From Ostreococcus lucimarinus (Eukaryota): a stretch of 64,000 nucleotides of DNA. The translations under genes were made by a program, and so were the position numbers. Below the pieces are notes generated by a model. That model was given only the letters and a program-made list of their open reading frames with translations. It was not told the DNA's origin and made no database searches. Shown here piece after piece: positions 46,575 through 58,266 of this stretch. Positions within the stretch are counted from its first letter, which is position 1. Each line of letters opens with the position of its first letter. The stretch lies in NCBI GenBank assembly GCA_000092065.1, contig CP000597.1, one strand, 5' to 3'.

Positions 46575-49175
46575 GCGACGAAACGACGACGGGTGGAATG
46601 CGAACGCGCGCGGTCGACGCGCGGCGCCTCGGACGCGCGCGGGGAGAGAGAAGCGAAAATGGAGACGGGACGGGGGACGACGAGGACGACGGCGACGACG
46701 GCGCGTTTAAACGACGACGACGACGAGGGAGAGGAAAACGATAAGGAAAACGAAGACGACGAGGGAAAGGGACGAGGGAAAACGATGAGGGAAACGATGA
46801 GGAAAACGTTCGACGCGCGAGAGACGGCGAGAGCGGTGACGATGGAGGAGAGGGGGACGGCGAGGCGAGGGACGCCGCGAGCGCGGGCGCGGGACGAGGC
46901 GCCGAGGAAGGACGCGGCGGATATCGAGGGGGAGTGTCAAGGGATAACGCTGGGCGATGGGCGTCGGGTGTACGTGAAGAAAGAGCCGAGCGATAAGCCG
47001 ATCGTGAGTTTGAAGGAGATTTACGCGCGGGCGTCGGAGGACGCGCCGTTGTTGACGCGCTCGATCGAAGACATGTTGGACGAGTACGAAGAGGAACGGT
47101 ATCGAAGAGCGGTGGAAGAGGCGCGCGCGGTGGAAGAAGGCGACGCGGCGACGACGCCGATGGATGCGACGACGACGGCACCGCGCACGGAGGGTCAACT
47201 CAAGGTTGAGCGCTTGCGAGCGAAAATGGGCGGCTTGTTGTGGGCGCAGCGCCACGCTCCGCGAGCGTTTACAGATTTATTGAGCGTCGAGCACGTCAAT
47301 CGAGAGGTGGTGCATTGGATCAAGGGTTGGGATAAGGTTGTTTTCGATCGAAATCCTCCGCCGGCGACGATGAAGAAATTTTACGCCGATCGATACGCCG
47401 AAAAAGCTGGGTTGAAGAAGCGAAGCGGCACGACGGAGACGCACGTGCAGCTCGACCGCAAGCAACGTCCGATGGAGAAGATTCTTCTTCTCTCCGGTCC
47501 ACCGGGCGCGGGTAAGACGACGCTGGCGCATGTCGCGGCCAAGCACTGCGGGTACGAGACGATTGAAATCAACGCGTCCGATGACCGAAGTGCGTCCACG
47601 TTAAAGTTGAAGCTCGCGGACGCGCTGCAAACGCGAAGCGCCTTTGAGAAGCAAAAGCCAAAGTGCGTGATCATCGATGAAATCGATGGTGTACACAACG
47701 GAGGCGGCGGCGGTGGAGCCATTTGGACCGTGATGCACGCGTTAAAAGATGTCAAAGGTCAAGCGCCGTTGTGTCGACCGATCATCGCCATCTGCAACGA
47801 TTTGTATGCCCAAGTGTTGCGACCGCTCCGCGACGTCGCCAAGATTATTCGAATGAAACCGCCGCAAACTTCACATCTCACGGCTCGCATCAGAGACGCG
47901 TGCTTGAAGGAAAATGTTGACATCGAACCGCGCGCAATAGCGCTCGTCGTTGATCGCGTTGATAACGATATTCGCGCCGCATTGAATTCGATTCAACTCA
48001 TCGCCAAGACGAGTTCGTCGGTGACGCTGCGAGACGTCGTCAGCGCCGGCGGTGGATCGAAGGACAACAGGCCTCAAGCTTTCTCCATGTGGCAAGATCT
48101 TTTGCGCGGTCGTCACACGTTTGCAAGGTCGCGTGTCGACGCCGAGTCTGGGATGACGCATATGGACATGATGCGCGAAAAGATTGAAATTTACCAAGAC
48201 AACGACGCCCTTCTCGACGGACTATTTGAAAACATTCCAAACGTGCGCTTTCAAGATGGTAGCATGAGCCGCTTAACGCAAGCTGTGAGCGCGGTGATCG
48301 ATGGTTCGATGTTTCAGACGAAATCGTTCACCACCGGTGATCACAATTTGCGTCGATACGCCGAGGCGTGCATCATGGCGGTGCACTCCACCGCCACACA
48401 CGCCGGCAACCTCGGCGAGTCTTTGGAATGGCCGAAAACGGGTCGGGCGATGAAAGAGCGAAACGCTCGCATGGCTGTGCTGAGCAGTCGACGCGACGCC
48501 ATGGACTTGAAAATCATTCGTCGTTCACTCACGTGCGATGTCACGGAAACTTTGCCTTATTTGAACACCATTCTAGCTCCGGAACTTCGTTCTGTCGGCA
48601 CGAGCTTCATGACGGAGGACGAAAAAACCAAACTCGCCGACGTCGTGAGTCTGATGCGAGCGCACGGTCTGTCGTACAAACCGTCCGCGAGTAAGTATAA
48701 CGAACAATCTTGGAGAGCGGCGGCAAATTCCTTGGTACTGCAACCGCCGGTTGATGACTTCGTCAAGTTTGGTGCGGGCGTAGACGCTTTGAAAGCCGTC
48801 GAACGGTTAACGTGGCGAGAGCGTCGCGAGCGCGAGCGCGAACCCGAGATGAACCACAACGCGCCACAGCACATGAACTTGGTACCAAGGCGCGCGGTAA
48901 ACAATAGTTTACGCTCCATCATCGCGAACTCGCTCGTCACTGACGCTGAAAAGCGTTCAGGCGCGCGAGACGCCGCAGCCGCGGCGGACGCCAAGCAGCG
49001 AAAATCGGATCAAAAAGCGCGCGTGGCGCTCGGCGTCGCCGGTGGGAATTTACACAAAGCTCGTAAAAGTTTGAGCAACGCCCAAGGCGCGCAATTCAAG
49101 TACAACGAAGGATACACCACGGGCGTTCGTAGAACCGTCTTGATGCGGGATCTTTTCCCGCAAAACAAAGCCTAG
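46398..49175 (+). CDS. CTF18: Chromosome transmission fidelity protein 18 (CTF18), RFC-like AAA+ ATPase
   Basis: Walker A LLSGPPGAGKTTLAHVAAKHCGYETIEINASD, Walker B/sensor CVIIDEIDGV, an RFC box and a long C-terminal CTF18-type extension; acidic poly-D N-terminus encoded by a (GAC)13 run. Start at ATG 46398 (track start 46308 is GTG). Confidence 0.75.
46532..46571. repeat. (GAC)13 trinucleotide run encoding poly-Asp in CTF18
   Basis: Direct observation. Confidence 0.9.
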
Positions 49176-49309
49176 TCGCCGGCGTTTGTTCGACGTCGCT
49201 AAAATTGTAGTCTGGAAGAACAGGTTGAAACAGTCTTTCGAGCGAGCGCGTCGCGCGCCACTCCGACGCGCTCTCGGCTCGCGAACTCGCACCTTTACGT
49301 CGATCGACC

Positions 49310-50143
49310 ATGTCGCTCGCATCTCGCGCCGTCGTGGACGTCTCCCAAGCCCCGCGTCGCGCGCGCGACGCTCGAACGCGCGCGACCGGACGACGTCATC
49401 GAGTTATCCAAAAAGCGTCGCCATCGGACGCCGTCCAGCGCGCCAAGGGCGGGGATTACAACGCCGCCGCGGCGACGTTCGTGAATTCATTCTTTTACGA
49501 TGGAAACGTGGACACGCGAGACGTGGAGTATAAAGGGCTGACGCGGGCGTGCTCGAGCGATATGAAGAAGCGGTACGCCGGGGACGGAAACGCTTTAGTG
49601 GTGATTCTTGATGAAGACGACTCACGAGAATGCTTGGCGTGCGGAGGAGTGGAGGTTAGAAAATACGTTGGCGCGGTGGATTACGAGTCGTACGTGAAGA
49701 GTGGGCGCGGTGGGATGGATGTGGAGGGAAAAATTATCGAGCGACCGATTGTGGCGAATTTGGCCACGGCGCGAGCGGCGAGGAGGAAGGGCTACGGGAA
49801 AGCCATCATGGGGGCTTTAGAAGACATCTGCGCCGAGAATGGATTCGATGAGTGTTGCTTAGTCGTAGAGGCGCGGAATAAGCGCGCGCAAGGGCTTTAC
49901 AGAAAGTTGGGGTACAAGGTGATCGGGAGCGATGCCAAGGCGGCGGCGCTGGAGGTTGTCGACGGACGATCGAGAGAAACGACCACGAAGACGCTCGTGA
50001 TGCGGAAGAGCTTGACTAATCCAGGCGCAAACGTGGATACGGTGACGATCGGCGCGGCTGTGCTAGCTTTGGCGCTGTTGAGCGCGGGGCAACAAGCGTT
50101 GGTGGATGCGTTGTACGTCAACTTTGGCATCGATCTGTTTTAG
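49310..50143 (+). CDS. GNAT-family N-acetyltransferase with a hydrophobic C-terminal tail
   Basis: Acetyl-CoA-binding motif A RRKGYGKAIMGALEDICAENG and a downstream LYRKLGYKV motif, typical of GNAT folds. Confidence 0.6.
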   Translation: MSLASRAVVDVSQAPRRARDARTRATGRRHRVIQKASPSDAVQRAKGGDYNAAAATFVNSFFYDGNVDTRDVEYKGLTRACSSDMKKRYAGDGNALVVILDEDDSRECLACGGVEVRKYVGAVDYESYVKSGRGGMDVEGKIIERPIVANLATARAARRKGYGKAIMGALEDICAENGFDECCLVVEARNKRAQGLYRKLGYKVIGSDAKAAALEVVDGRSRETTTKTLVMRKSLTNPGANVDTVTIGAAVLALALLSAGQQALVDALYVNFGIDLF

Positions 50144-50248
50144 AAATATTTTAATATGATATTCCTCGCTAATGTTGTTGTGTCCGCGAAGGCTATTGGC
50201 TTCAAAGCCTGTCCTAATTAGTTTCTGCGCACCGATGACCCTCATCGA

Positions 50249-51254
50249 TCACGCGCGAGCCATTTGTTCTTTCGCCCGCTGGAAATCAGACAGCGTGCGG
50301 AATTTCGTATCCAAAAGCTCCTTGATGTCTTCTCGGATGACCGGCCTGTTATCACCACGGTAGTAGTAATGGAACGCCCAGAACTTTTCCAGTCCGTACA
50401 GCGATCCAGACTTGTAGTCTAACATGGTAAACTCTTCAAAGTCGCGGTAGACGGCTTTTCTGAATCGCTTTTCCAAACCGTAGCTGTAGAACCGGAAGAG
50501 GCATTGCAAACCGTAGTGGTAGTTGTGTCGAGCATCCTCTTCGGCTAAACGGCAGAATTCCTTGTACATCTTGGCGTTGAACGTGCCTCGCAAAAAATAA
50601 CTCCAAAATCTGAATAACGTATTCATCTCTTCGCTGTTGCCGCAGCCCAAACGCTTGCGCTCGTCGACGGCGCGCTGATGAAACGCCTGGTACTTTTGCT
50701 GCTTGAATCCGTTGTCGTCAAGCAGCGTGTGCGAAGGGTGCTGAAATTCAGGGATATCCCGAGGAGACGCGTGATGAGACAAACGGCCTGGCTTCTGAGA
50801 AGGCGATGCGCCCATCGCAGCGCGATCTGAGCCGACAGACGAGCCAGCACCTGTGTGCCAGTTGAACTCACCCTCCGTCGGCGTCGTACCCAGCAACCAT
50901 CCGACGTCGTTACCTCCTACAGTACCTTCGCCTTTGGGCACCGACGAAGGGAAAAAGTGCGTGCGATCTTGCGAGCCGACAGAAAATCCTCCACCGCGCT
51001 TCCAGGACCCGGCGGCGCCGCGATCGCGCCAGCTCCCGGAGGACGCACCTTGTGATCCGACATGCGAAGATTTCTTCCCTTTGAGATCTTTTTGATAGAA
51101 CGCAAGACCGTCGTTGATGACGGTCGCGACATCGCCGTTCGCTCCAGACGGCGGGCGCCCACCTCTGTTCTGACCGCCTCGACCCGGACGTTGGGACACA
51201 ATCATGAGACGGCTCACGTCGACATCCGTCATGTCGTCTTCTTCGTAGTCGTCA

Positions 51255-51286
<32 letters not shown>

Positions 51287-52531
51287 GTCATCTTCCTCCT
51301 CCCCGAAATCTTCATCCATCTCAAACATTTCATCCTCGTCCTTCTTGAGCTTTGACTTTGATCCCTTCTTTTCCGAAGACTGCAAAGGAGAGCCGCCGCT
51401 CGCCGCCGCCATCTGTTGCGTGACGTCGGCGGCGCTCGCTGGCGCTTGCATGGGCGCAACCTGTTGCGGCTTACCGTCTGCATCTAACAACCACGCGTTC
51501 CAGTCACCCATTTTACGAATCTTGTCGTTGCCGGCGCTGATTTCCACCGTCTTAGAGCCAACGAGAGCGTCGTAAATCATGGCTGGATCCGGAGTCATCA
51601 TGCGAATGCGATTGAAACTCGCGATGACGGACAAGGCGATCCATCCCTCCTTGGGGTCCATCTTAGATCTCAAAAACAAATCCTTGCACAAATTCTCCAC
51701 GCTGAAGTAATACTCCACCTGCTGCTTCACAGCGGAAAGAATTTGATCTCGTTGCGGCACTTGCGCCGGCATGATGTGTTGCGGAGGGTAATACATTTGA
51801 GCGCCCTGCGGCATGTAATATCCACCCTCGAACGGCGCCTGATACGAAGAATCAAAGTTCTTGTTACCCCGTCCACCTCGACCGCCCCGACCTCCTCGTC
51901 CCGCGGCGTCGTACTGGAAACGACCGTCGTACCCGTGTCCTCTCGCCCAAGTCTTGTCGCCTTCGCGTCCGCCCCGTCCGCCTCTTCCGCCACCATTACC
52001 GCCTCTGCCACCGTTGTTACCGCGCGCGCCGCCGCCACCTCGATTCCCTCCATTCTTATCACCACCATTCTTCGCGTTCTTACCCTTGCCGTTGCCTCCC
52101 GCCTTGCCGCCTTGCGAGCCCGACGTCCCTCCGCTCTGTTGGCCCTCGCCCGTCCTCGCCCTCGAAGGGGGCACGGTGTCGGGTTTAAGATCTGGATTTT
52201 TCGCATCGCCCAAAGTCGGCCAAGTCACGGGTTTCACCGCCGCGAGCGCCGCGGCCGCGGCCGCATCGCTCGCCACCGTCGGTTTCCCCCACGCCGGCTT
52301 TGTCGGTTCCTCTCGCGTCCCGCCCTCGCTTCTCCGCTTCCCCGCCTCCGCGCCTTCTCCCGATGCCCCCGATCCTTCACTACCTACTCCACCACCACCA
52401 GCGTTCCCTAGACTCCGTCCCTCTCCCGCGCTCGACGCTCGCCTCTGCGTTTCATTCGCATCCTTCCCGCTCGCGCCCTCGCTCGTCTGGCTCGCCCTCC
52501 CTCCGCTCACGACGCTCGCCCACGCGCTCAT
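50249..52531 (-). CDS. LARP1: La-related protein 1 (LARP1): La motif plus C-terminal DM15 repeats
   Basis: La motif [47 protein letters not shown]15 region [60 protein letters not shown]...YGLEKFWAF matches LARP1 (FWSFFLRDNFNRKMYEEF...YGLECLFRYYSYGLEKKFR...YGLEKFWAF); poly-Asp from a (GTCATC)n run. Confidence 0.85.
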
Positions 52532-53121
52532 GTTCGCCGATCCACGACCGAGTTCTTCCCGTCACCTGTCGTCATCGTCATCGTCGCGTTCGTCAGTCTT
52601 CCCCTCTTCCGCCCTCGCCCGTTCCTGTCGCGTCGCGCGTGGCGCGCGTCTCCTCGCGCGCCGCGCCCTCGCGCCTGCAAAACCCTCCAACCGCCCGCCT
52701 CGCGACGCATTCGCCCTCTCCACGCGCGCGCGCGTCGTCACCGCGCGTCACCGTCGCGCCGATCGCGCGTTAACTTTCCCTCGATCTCCTCCCGCGCGCG
52801 TCGCGTCCCGTCGCCGTCGCGTCGCGGCGTCGCGCGTCGCGCGCGCGCGTCCCCGCGCGCGCGCGCGAAAAGTGGTCGTCCGTCGTCGTCGTCGCGTCGC
52901 GCCCTCGCGGTCGCGCGCGTCGCCCTCGCGCGTCGCGCGTCGCGCGCTCGAATTTTATTCGCACCTTTTTCGCGCCGCGTCGCGCGCCGCGACGTCGCGC
53001 TCGACCGCGGTCGCGCGCGATGTGACGACGCGACGAGTAATATCTAGCGTGACGAGGCGTCGCGGGCGGGGTGCCGTCGGTTGGTTGTTTTCCAAAACCC
53101 TACTTACTATTTACCCATACC

Positions 53122-53151
53122 CGGTCGGTCGGTCGGTCGGTCGGTCGGTCG
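53122..53151. repeat. (CGGT)7 microsatellite in the spacer between LARP1 (5') and the RAP-domain gene (3')
   Basis: Direct observation. Confidence 0.9.
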
Positions 53152-53218
53152 CCCGTCCGCCCTCGCACCGGTCGCGTCCGACGATTGAGGCGGCGACGGC
53201 CGCGGCCGCGCGCGCGGT

Positions 53219-56200
53219 TTAATCGGACTCGACGCTCGGCGGTGCGCGCGGACGACGACGACGAATGCCCGCGCCGCGTTGAGTGGCGAGAGATTTACGC
53301 GATCGACGCGCCGGAGATGGGTCGTCGTCGTCGGGGGGGGCGTCGGCGGCGTCGGCGGGCGCGCGCGCGCGCGGAGACGCGCGAGACGGCGGACGCGCGG
53401 CGACGCGAGCGCCGGCGACGCGCGCGACGACGGGGGGGGGCGGGGACGGTGTTGACGGTGTTGACGGTGTTGACGGTGTTGACGGTGATGGTTCGAGCAT
53501 GCCGTATCCGGTGCGTCGAACGGGGGCGGGAGGTTTGGGGACGGAGGCGCCGACGGATTTCATCTCGGGCTTGAACGTGCCGTCGGGGTGTCGCTGGCTT
53601 TCGGCGCCTTGAATGACGAGACGCGAGCCGTCTTGGGCGACGGAGACGTCGTCGTCGGCGAGTGCGCGGATGTGAAAACCAGACATGCCGGAGTCGGACA
53701 TGTCTTCGTCCGAGGCGACGTCCATGAGCGTGAGACCGGCGTCGTCGTAGAGCGTCTTGGCTAAAAACGCGGCGCGTCTGCCGGTGGTTCTCGTCGCGGA
53801 CTCCTCGTCGCACACCTGTTTCCAATCGTACCACGGTATGAATACCGTGGTCCAACCGTTGGTGTCGAGGTAGTGATAACGAATGTTATACGTCCCCGTG
53901 CCGTCGGGTCGCTTCCCCGACATGCGGCGGTTTTGGATGTTTCTCGCAAAGTGCGACGGACCGTCCACCTCGATGGCGAGCTTTTTACCCTTGAGTGCGA
54001 TGTCGAGGGAGAACAAACCGTCTTCGGTGATGTATTCAATTTCGTGTGGCACGCCCATGTTCGTCAGCGTATCGCTCACCTCGCGATGAAACTGACTGAT
54101 GACAACCTTGCTCGATCCGCGCTTCCACGCCGATAACATGTCCTCAATCATCTGCGGGTCGGTGACGAGCGGTCCGTAGGGCGAACACTTTTCAAACAAG
54201 TAATTCGCTTGGAAAAACTGCGTCAAGTCGATGTCCGAAATCGTGGTGGAGTAGTACATTTCCACGATCTTCGCCCTGTAGTTGTCTACGACCCATTCAT
54301 CCGGCCAAAACCCGAGCGTGGCAAAGGCTAAAATCGAATTCGTCACGCCTTGGGTGGGGAAATTCGTCACGCGAGCGCCCAGCTGACTCGCGATTTCACT
54401 CATTAACTCCGTCCCTGGATTCACTCCGAGCTGACCGTACGCCCAAACCGTGTTGCACAACCCTTGATCGGAGAATCTTTCGTCCTCGCGCAATTCTATG
54501 AGCGCGCGCTCTCTAAAGGCTTGGAGAAATTCATCCCCGGGAACGAACCTCAGCGTCGCCAACGACCACAAGATGTTCGCCAAGCTCTGCGTTTGCAAAT
54601 CTGGATCGCTCTTGAAGTGTTTGATCGCCACTTGAAGGACGCACTCCACGATGCTTGGATCCTCGGGAAGCCAACCGAAATTTGCCCACGCCCACAAGGT
54701 GTTCGAGACTTGCGTCAACGCCACTTCGTCGTGCTGCCCGACGCGAAGGTACAACTCTGCGACTTGCGTGAGCACTTCATTTCCTGGGTTGAACCGCAGG
54801 CTGGCGTACGACCAAAGCAAATTGCTACACTCACTGATGTACACGTCCGTCGCTAACGCGGACCAACGCGCCGTGGCGGCTTCGAGCATCTTCATCGAAG
54901 GCGTGTACTCGAGCGTCGCCAGCGCCCACAGCGTGTTCGCCAAACCTTGACAAACAAACGCGTTTGCCTTACGCTCTACGTACATGCACAGCGTGTTCAA
55001 GTAATCGCCGTGGCGAGCTCTTAATTTGTGCGGTTCTCCGTCGAGCGTGGCGATCGCCCATAAAGTATTACTCACGCTCTGTGAGCTCCACATGTTTGGA
55101 ACCGCCTTGATGCTCGCGTGCATCTCGTCCAAGAGTTCGTCGAAGACTTCTAGTGGGTCTAAATGCGTCTTCATCGTCGCCAGCGCCCAAACGACGTTTG
55201 AGAACTCCATGGATTTAAAATCTTTCAGCTGTCGCCTGATCGCCTGCGAAAACTTGGCGATGGTCTCCGGTTTAAGCGTGTACCCCAGCGTGGCGAACGC
55301 CCACAAAGAGTTGCTAATCCCTTGCGGGGCGAAGTCGTCCATGATGAGGTCGCACCAATATTCGCACTTTTGCACCAGCTCCACGTCTATCTTCTTCGAC
55401 GTGTGCATCGTCGCGTACGCCCACAATACGTTGCTCACGTTCTGCGCCGGTGGGTCGTCGTCGTCCAAGTTTGCGATTCGCCTCACCACGAGAGCGACGG
55501 TTGGGTCGTCGTCCGACGTCGTGATGCCGCAGTGCGCGGAGCCCCACAAAATCGCGGACAGTTCGCGAGCGTTGAACCGCCCCAACCCCTTCCCGAGCGG
55601 CGATCCGTTTTGCGAAGCGACGAGATACTCGCGCAATTTCTCAAACAACGCGCGAAATCGCGCGTCTTCCACCACCGCGGGATGCCTCGTCGCCGTCGCC
55701 GGCGCTCCGGCTTCGTTCCTCGTCCGCGTCGAGTTCAATTTCCCCACCCGATGCGCCGCCGTCGCCAAGTTCACCACGTTCATGATTTCCAAATTCTCGC
55801 TCGCGAAATCTAACACGTCCTCGACGTCGTCAAACTTGGCGATGATTTGATTATTCTTCACGTACATGTCGCTCCGCTCGCGCTGTCGCACGTTCGTAGG
55901 TTTGTCCCCTCGCGTCCGCTTCTTCGAGTCCGCCGACTTCGATCGCGCCGCGCCCCTCCCCCGCGCGCCCCCACCCCTTCCTCTCCCCCCCGTCCTTCCT
56001 CGCGACGCCGCTTCCCCGTACGCCCCGCTCGTCTCCGCGTTCATCAACCATCGCGCCGCGCCGCCTCCGCGTCCCGTCCCGCTCGACGACGTCGTCGCCT
56101 CTCCCTCCTCCTCCTCATCCATCCCGTTCGCCGTCGCCCGCGCTCGCGTCGCGACGCACCGTTCTCGAGGCGTCGTCATCCATCGCTCGCGCGTCGTCCC

Positions 56201-56344
56201 GTCGCTCTCGCGCGCGTCTCGCCTCGTCGTCGTCCCTCGTCTCGCCGTCGCCGTCGCCGTCGTCGTCGTCGTCGTCGCGCGCGTCCGAGGTCGTCGTCCC
56301 GCGCGCGCGTCCCGCGTCGCGCGCGCGTCGAGCGTCGCCCGCAT
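53219..56344 (-). CDS. Organellar RNA-binding OPR/FASTK-like helical-repeat protein with a C-terminal RAP domain (1,041 aa)
   Basis: About 10 degenerate 37-38-aa repeats with the hallmark (S/G)N(T/S)LWA(L/F)A(T/S)L spacing; RAP domain ...GLFSLDIALKGKKLAIEVDGPSHFARN...LDTNGWTTVFIPWYDWK (consensus IalEVDGPsHF / GW.vv.ipy.eW). R/T/A-rich targeting-like N-terminus; C-terminal (STP)n tail from a 9-bp tandem repeat at 53441-53488. Confidence 0.75.
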   Translation of the reverse strand: MRATLDARATRDARAGRRPRTRATTTTTTATATARRGTTTRRDARESDGTTRERWMTTPRERCVATRARATANGMDEEEEGEATTSSSGTGRGGGAARWLMNAETSGAYGEAASRGRTGGRGRGGGARGRGAARSKSADSKKRTRGDKPTNVRQRERSDMYVKNNQIIAKFDDVEDVLDFASENLEIMNVVNLATAAHRVGKLNSTRTRNEAGAPATATRHPAVVEDARFRALFEKLREYLVASQNGSPLGKGLGRFNARELSAILWGSAHCGITTSDDDPTVALVVRRIANLDDDDPPAQNVSNVLWAYATMHTSKKIDVELVQKCEYWCDLIMDDFAPQGISNSLWAFATLGYTLKPETIAKFSQAIRRQLKDFKSMEFSNVVWALATMKTHLDPLEVFDELLDEMHASIKAVPNMWSSQSVSNTLWAIATLDGEPHKLRARHGDYLNTLCMYVERKANAFVCQGLANTLWALATLEYTPSMKMLEAATARWSALATDVYISECSNLLWSYASLRFNPGNEVLTQVAELYLRVGQHDEVALTQVSNTLWAWANFGWLPEDPSIVECVLQVAIKHFKSDPDLQTQSLANILWSLATLRFVPGDEFLQAFRERALIELREDERFSDQGLCNTVWAYGQLGVNPGTELMSEIASQLGARVTNFPTQGVTNSILAFATLGFWPDEWVVDNYRAKIVEMYYSTTISDIDLTQFFQANYLFEKCSPYGPLVTDPQMIEDMLSAWKRGSSKVVISQFHREVSDTLTNMGVPHEIEYITEDGLFSLDIALKGKKLAIEVDGPSHFARNIQNRRMSGKRPDGTGTYNIRYHYLDTNGWTTVFIPWYDWKQVCDEESATRTTGRRAAFLAKTLYDDAGLTLMDVASDEDMSDSGMSGFHIRALADDDVSVAQDGSRLVIQGAESQRHPDGTFKPEMKSVGASVPKPPAPVRRTGYGMLEPSPSTPSTPSTPSTPSPPPPVVARVAGARVAARPPSRASPRARAPADAADAPPDDDDPSPARRSRKSLATQRGAGIRRRRPRAPPSVESD

Positions 56345-57060
56345 CGCGCGACGTCACGAATCCCCGTGCGTCGCTCGAACGACGCGCTCTTCGCGCGTCG
56401 GCGTCGACGAATCGACGACGGCGCGAATCGAATCGCGCGCGGTGCGCGTGAATGAATCGACGCGAATCGACGCGAATCGCGCGCGCGCGCCGTCGCGACG
56501 CCGCGCTTATGTCGCGCGCTCGACCGACCGCCGCGCGCTCGCGTCGCGCGTCGTCGCGCGATTCGCGCGTCGTCGCGCGCGCGCGAGTCGCGCCGTCGCG
56601 CGCGCGGTCGCGCGGTGTGGTCTCCTTTTACCATTTCTACGCCTTACTATACGATATATACAACGCATCATGCGTACACGATCCACCATCACGACATGGA
56701 TCACGCGTGTCATCGTACACGTCACACTGTGTGTCCACACCCGTATGTCCGAATTCTCCACCGACGACGCGTCGCGTCGAATCCATCGCTCGGTCGGCAC
56801 GGGGCGACGCGCGCGACAATCGCGATGCGAGCGATGCGGTGCGTTCGAGCGCGATTCGCGCCGATTCGCGACGCGAGCGATTCCGCGCGGCGTCCACGGG
56901 AACGCCGACCGTCGCGCGACGACCGCGCGTCGATCGCGATGACGCGGTCGCGGTGCCGACCGCGCGATGGATTCGAGGCGACGCCGACGGTCGGCGACGA
57001 CGCGACGACGTCGACGCGTCGCGCCGAGGACGCGATTCGAAGAGTCGACGTCTCGCGCGT

Positions 57061-58065
57061 ATGCCGTATGCGCGCGCGGACGGCGCGACGCGCGCACGCG
57101 GAGACGCGCGACGGAGGATCCGTCGCGCGCGCGAGGGGCGCGCGGACGCGCGCGAGACGACGAGGGGCGGCGCGGAGAAGAAGAATAAAACGCCGACGAG
57201 CGACGCGGGTCGAGGACGAAAGAGACCGAACGGGGAAGGGGGAAGAGTGAGACTCGCGCGCGATGACGAAGAGATCGGACGAGGCGATGACGGTGAGACT
57301 GACGAGCGACGCGAACGCGAACGGGCGCGCAGGGCGACGAGGACGGCGACGGCGAACGCGGCGGCGACGGCGCGCGGACGCGCGCGACGAACGACGAAGA
57401 CGCGCGCGGGCGGCGCGTCGGTGGGAACGGAGAAACCGGTGCCGATCGTGATCATAGATAACAAGAGCGATGCGTTCGCCACGGTGGTGGAGGTGTCGTT
57501 CGGAAACTACCTCGGCGAGCTGCTCGACACCGTCGCGGCGCTGAAAAACCTCGGCTTGGACATCAACAAGGGGGACGTGCAAATGTCCGGGGATTCGACG
57601 AAGACGTCGAAATTTTACGTGATCGATCGCGAAAACGGTGAGAAGGTGACCAAGAGCGAGCGCTTGGAGGAGATTCGTCAGACAATCTTGACCAACATGA
57701 TGGCGTTTCACCCGGAAGCCGCCGAGTACATTCAAGCCAAGGCGCCGACGCGCGCGGGGGGCGAGGGGGTCTTGGGTAAGGTGAAGAAGAAGGTGCAAAC
57801 CGGCATCAAGTGCGCCCCGGAGCGGTACCACTCCAAGCTCGAGATCGAAACCACCGATCGACCGGGGTTGTTGGTGGACGTCGTGCGCACGCTCAAGGAT
57901 TTGAGCCTGTGCGTCGTGAGCGCCGAGGTGGACACCATCGGAGATAAGGCGAGCGACATCATCTACGTCACCCATAAAGGTGGGCCGTTGTCGCCGCCGA
58001 TGGAACAACTCGTGGTGAACTCTCTGTCTTACTACTTGTCTCTGACCGAGGAGGAAAGTTACTAA
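57061..58065 (+). CDS. ACT-domain repeat protein (two ACT domains), ACR11/12-like, probably plastid-targeted
   Basis: Two ACT-like beta-alpha-beta-beta-alpha-beta units: VPIVIIDNKSDAFATVVEVSFGNYLGELLDTVAALKNLGLDI and KLEIETTDRPGLLVDVVRTLKDLSLCVVSAEVDT. The track ORF starts at 56452 but its first about 200 codons are R/A/D low complexity; start placed at ATG 57061. Confidence 0.55.
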   Translation: MPYARADGATRARGDARRRIRRAREGRADARETTRGGAEKKNKTPTSDAGRGRKRPNGEGGRVRLARDDEEIGRGDDGETDERRERERARRATRTATANAAATARGRARRTTKTRAGGASVGTEKPVPIVIIDNKSDAFATVVEVSFGNYLGELLDTVAALKNLGLDINKGDVQMSGDSTKTSKFYVIDRENGEKVTKSERLEEIRQTILTNMMAFHPEAAEYIQAKAPTRAGGEGVLGKVKKKVQTGIKCAPERYHSKLEIETTDRPGLLVDVVRTLKDLSLCVVSAEVDTIGDKASDIIYVTHKGGPLSPPMEQLVVNSLSYYLSLTEEESY

Positions 58066-58266
58066 ACGGTTCTGAGAATCTTACGCGTTGACGCGGGTCT
58101 CGACGACGCCGCGAGGGGTGCGTTCGCGAAGCGGCGCTGTAGTCTCGAACAAACTCCAACAAAATGAAATGCTTACTGATCATACCTAACAACACGAACA
58201 TCGCGCTTAATTCGACGACTAGAGGAAATTTTATCAAAACGCTCGGTTCGGGGCGCGCTAAACGCG

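Noticed and set aside
51861-53222. 453-aa Pro/Ser/Ala-rich ORF antisense to LARP1
   Set aside because: Opposite strand of a gene with strong La-motif/DM15 evidence; PPRPPRPP low-complexity reading of the GC-rich antisense frame
56345-57060. First about 200 codons of the 56452..58065 track ORF (R/A/D-rich) as part of the ACT-domain protein
   Set aside because: Extreme low complexity with simple repeats (GAATCGACGC x3). It contains an AT-richer TATATA-bearing island (about 56620-56700) that looks like promoter/5' UTR; the first plausible start is ATG 57061
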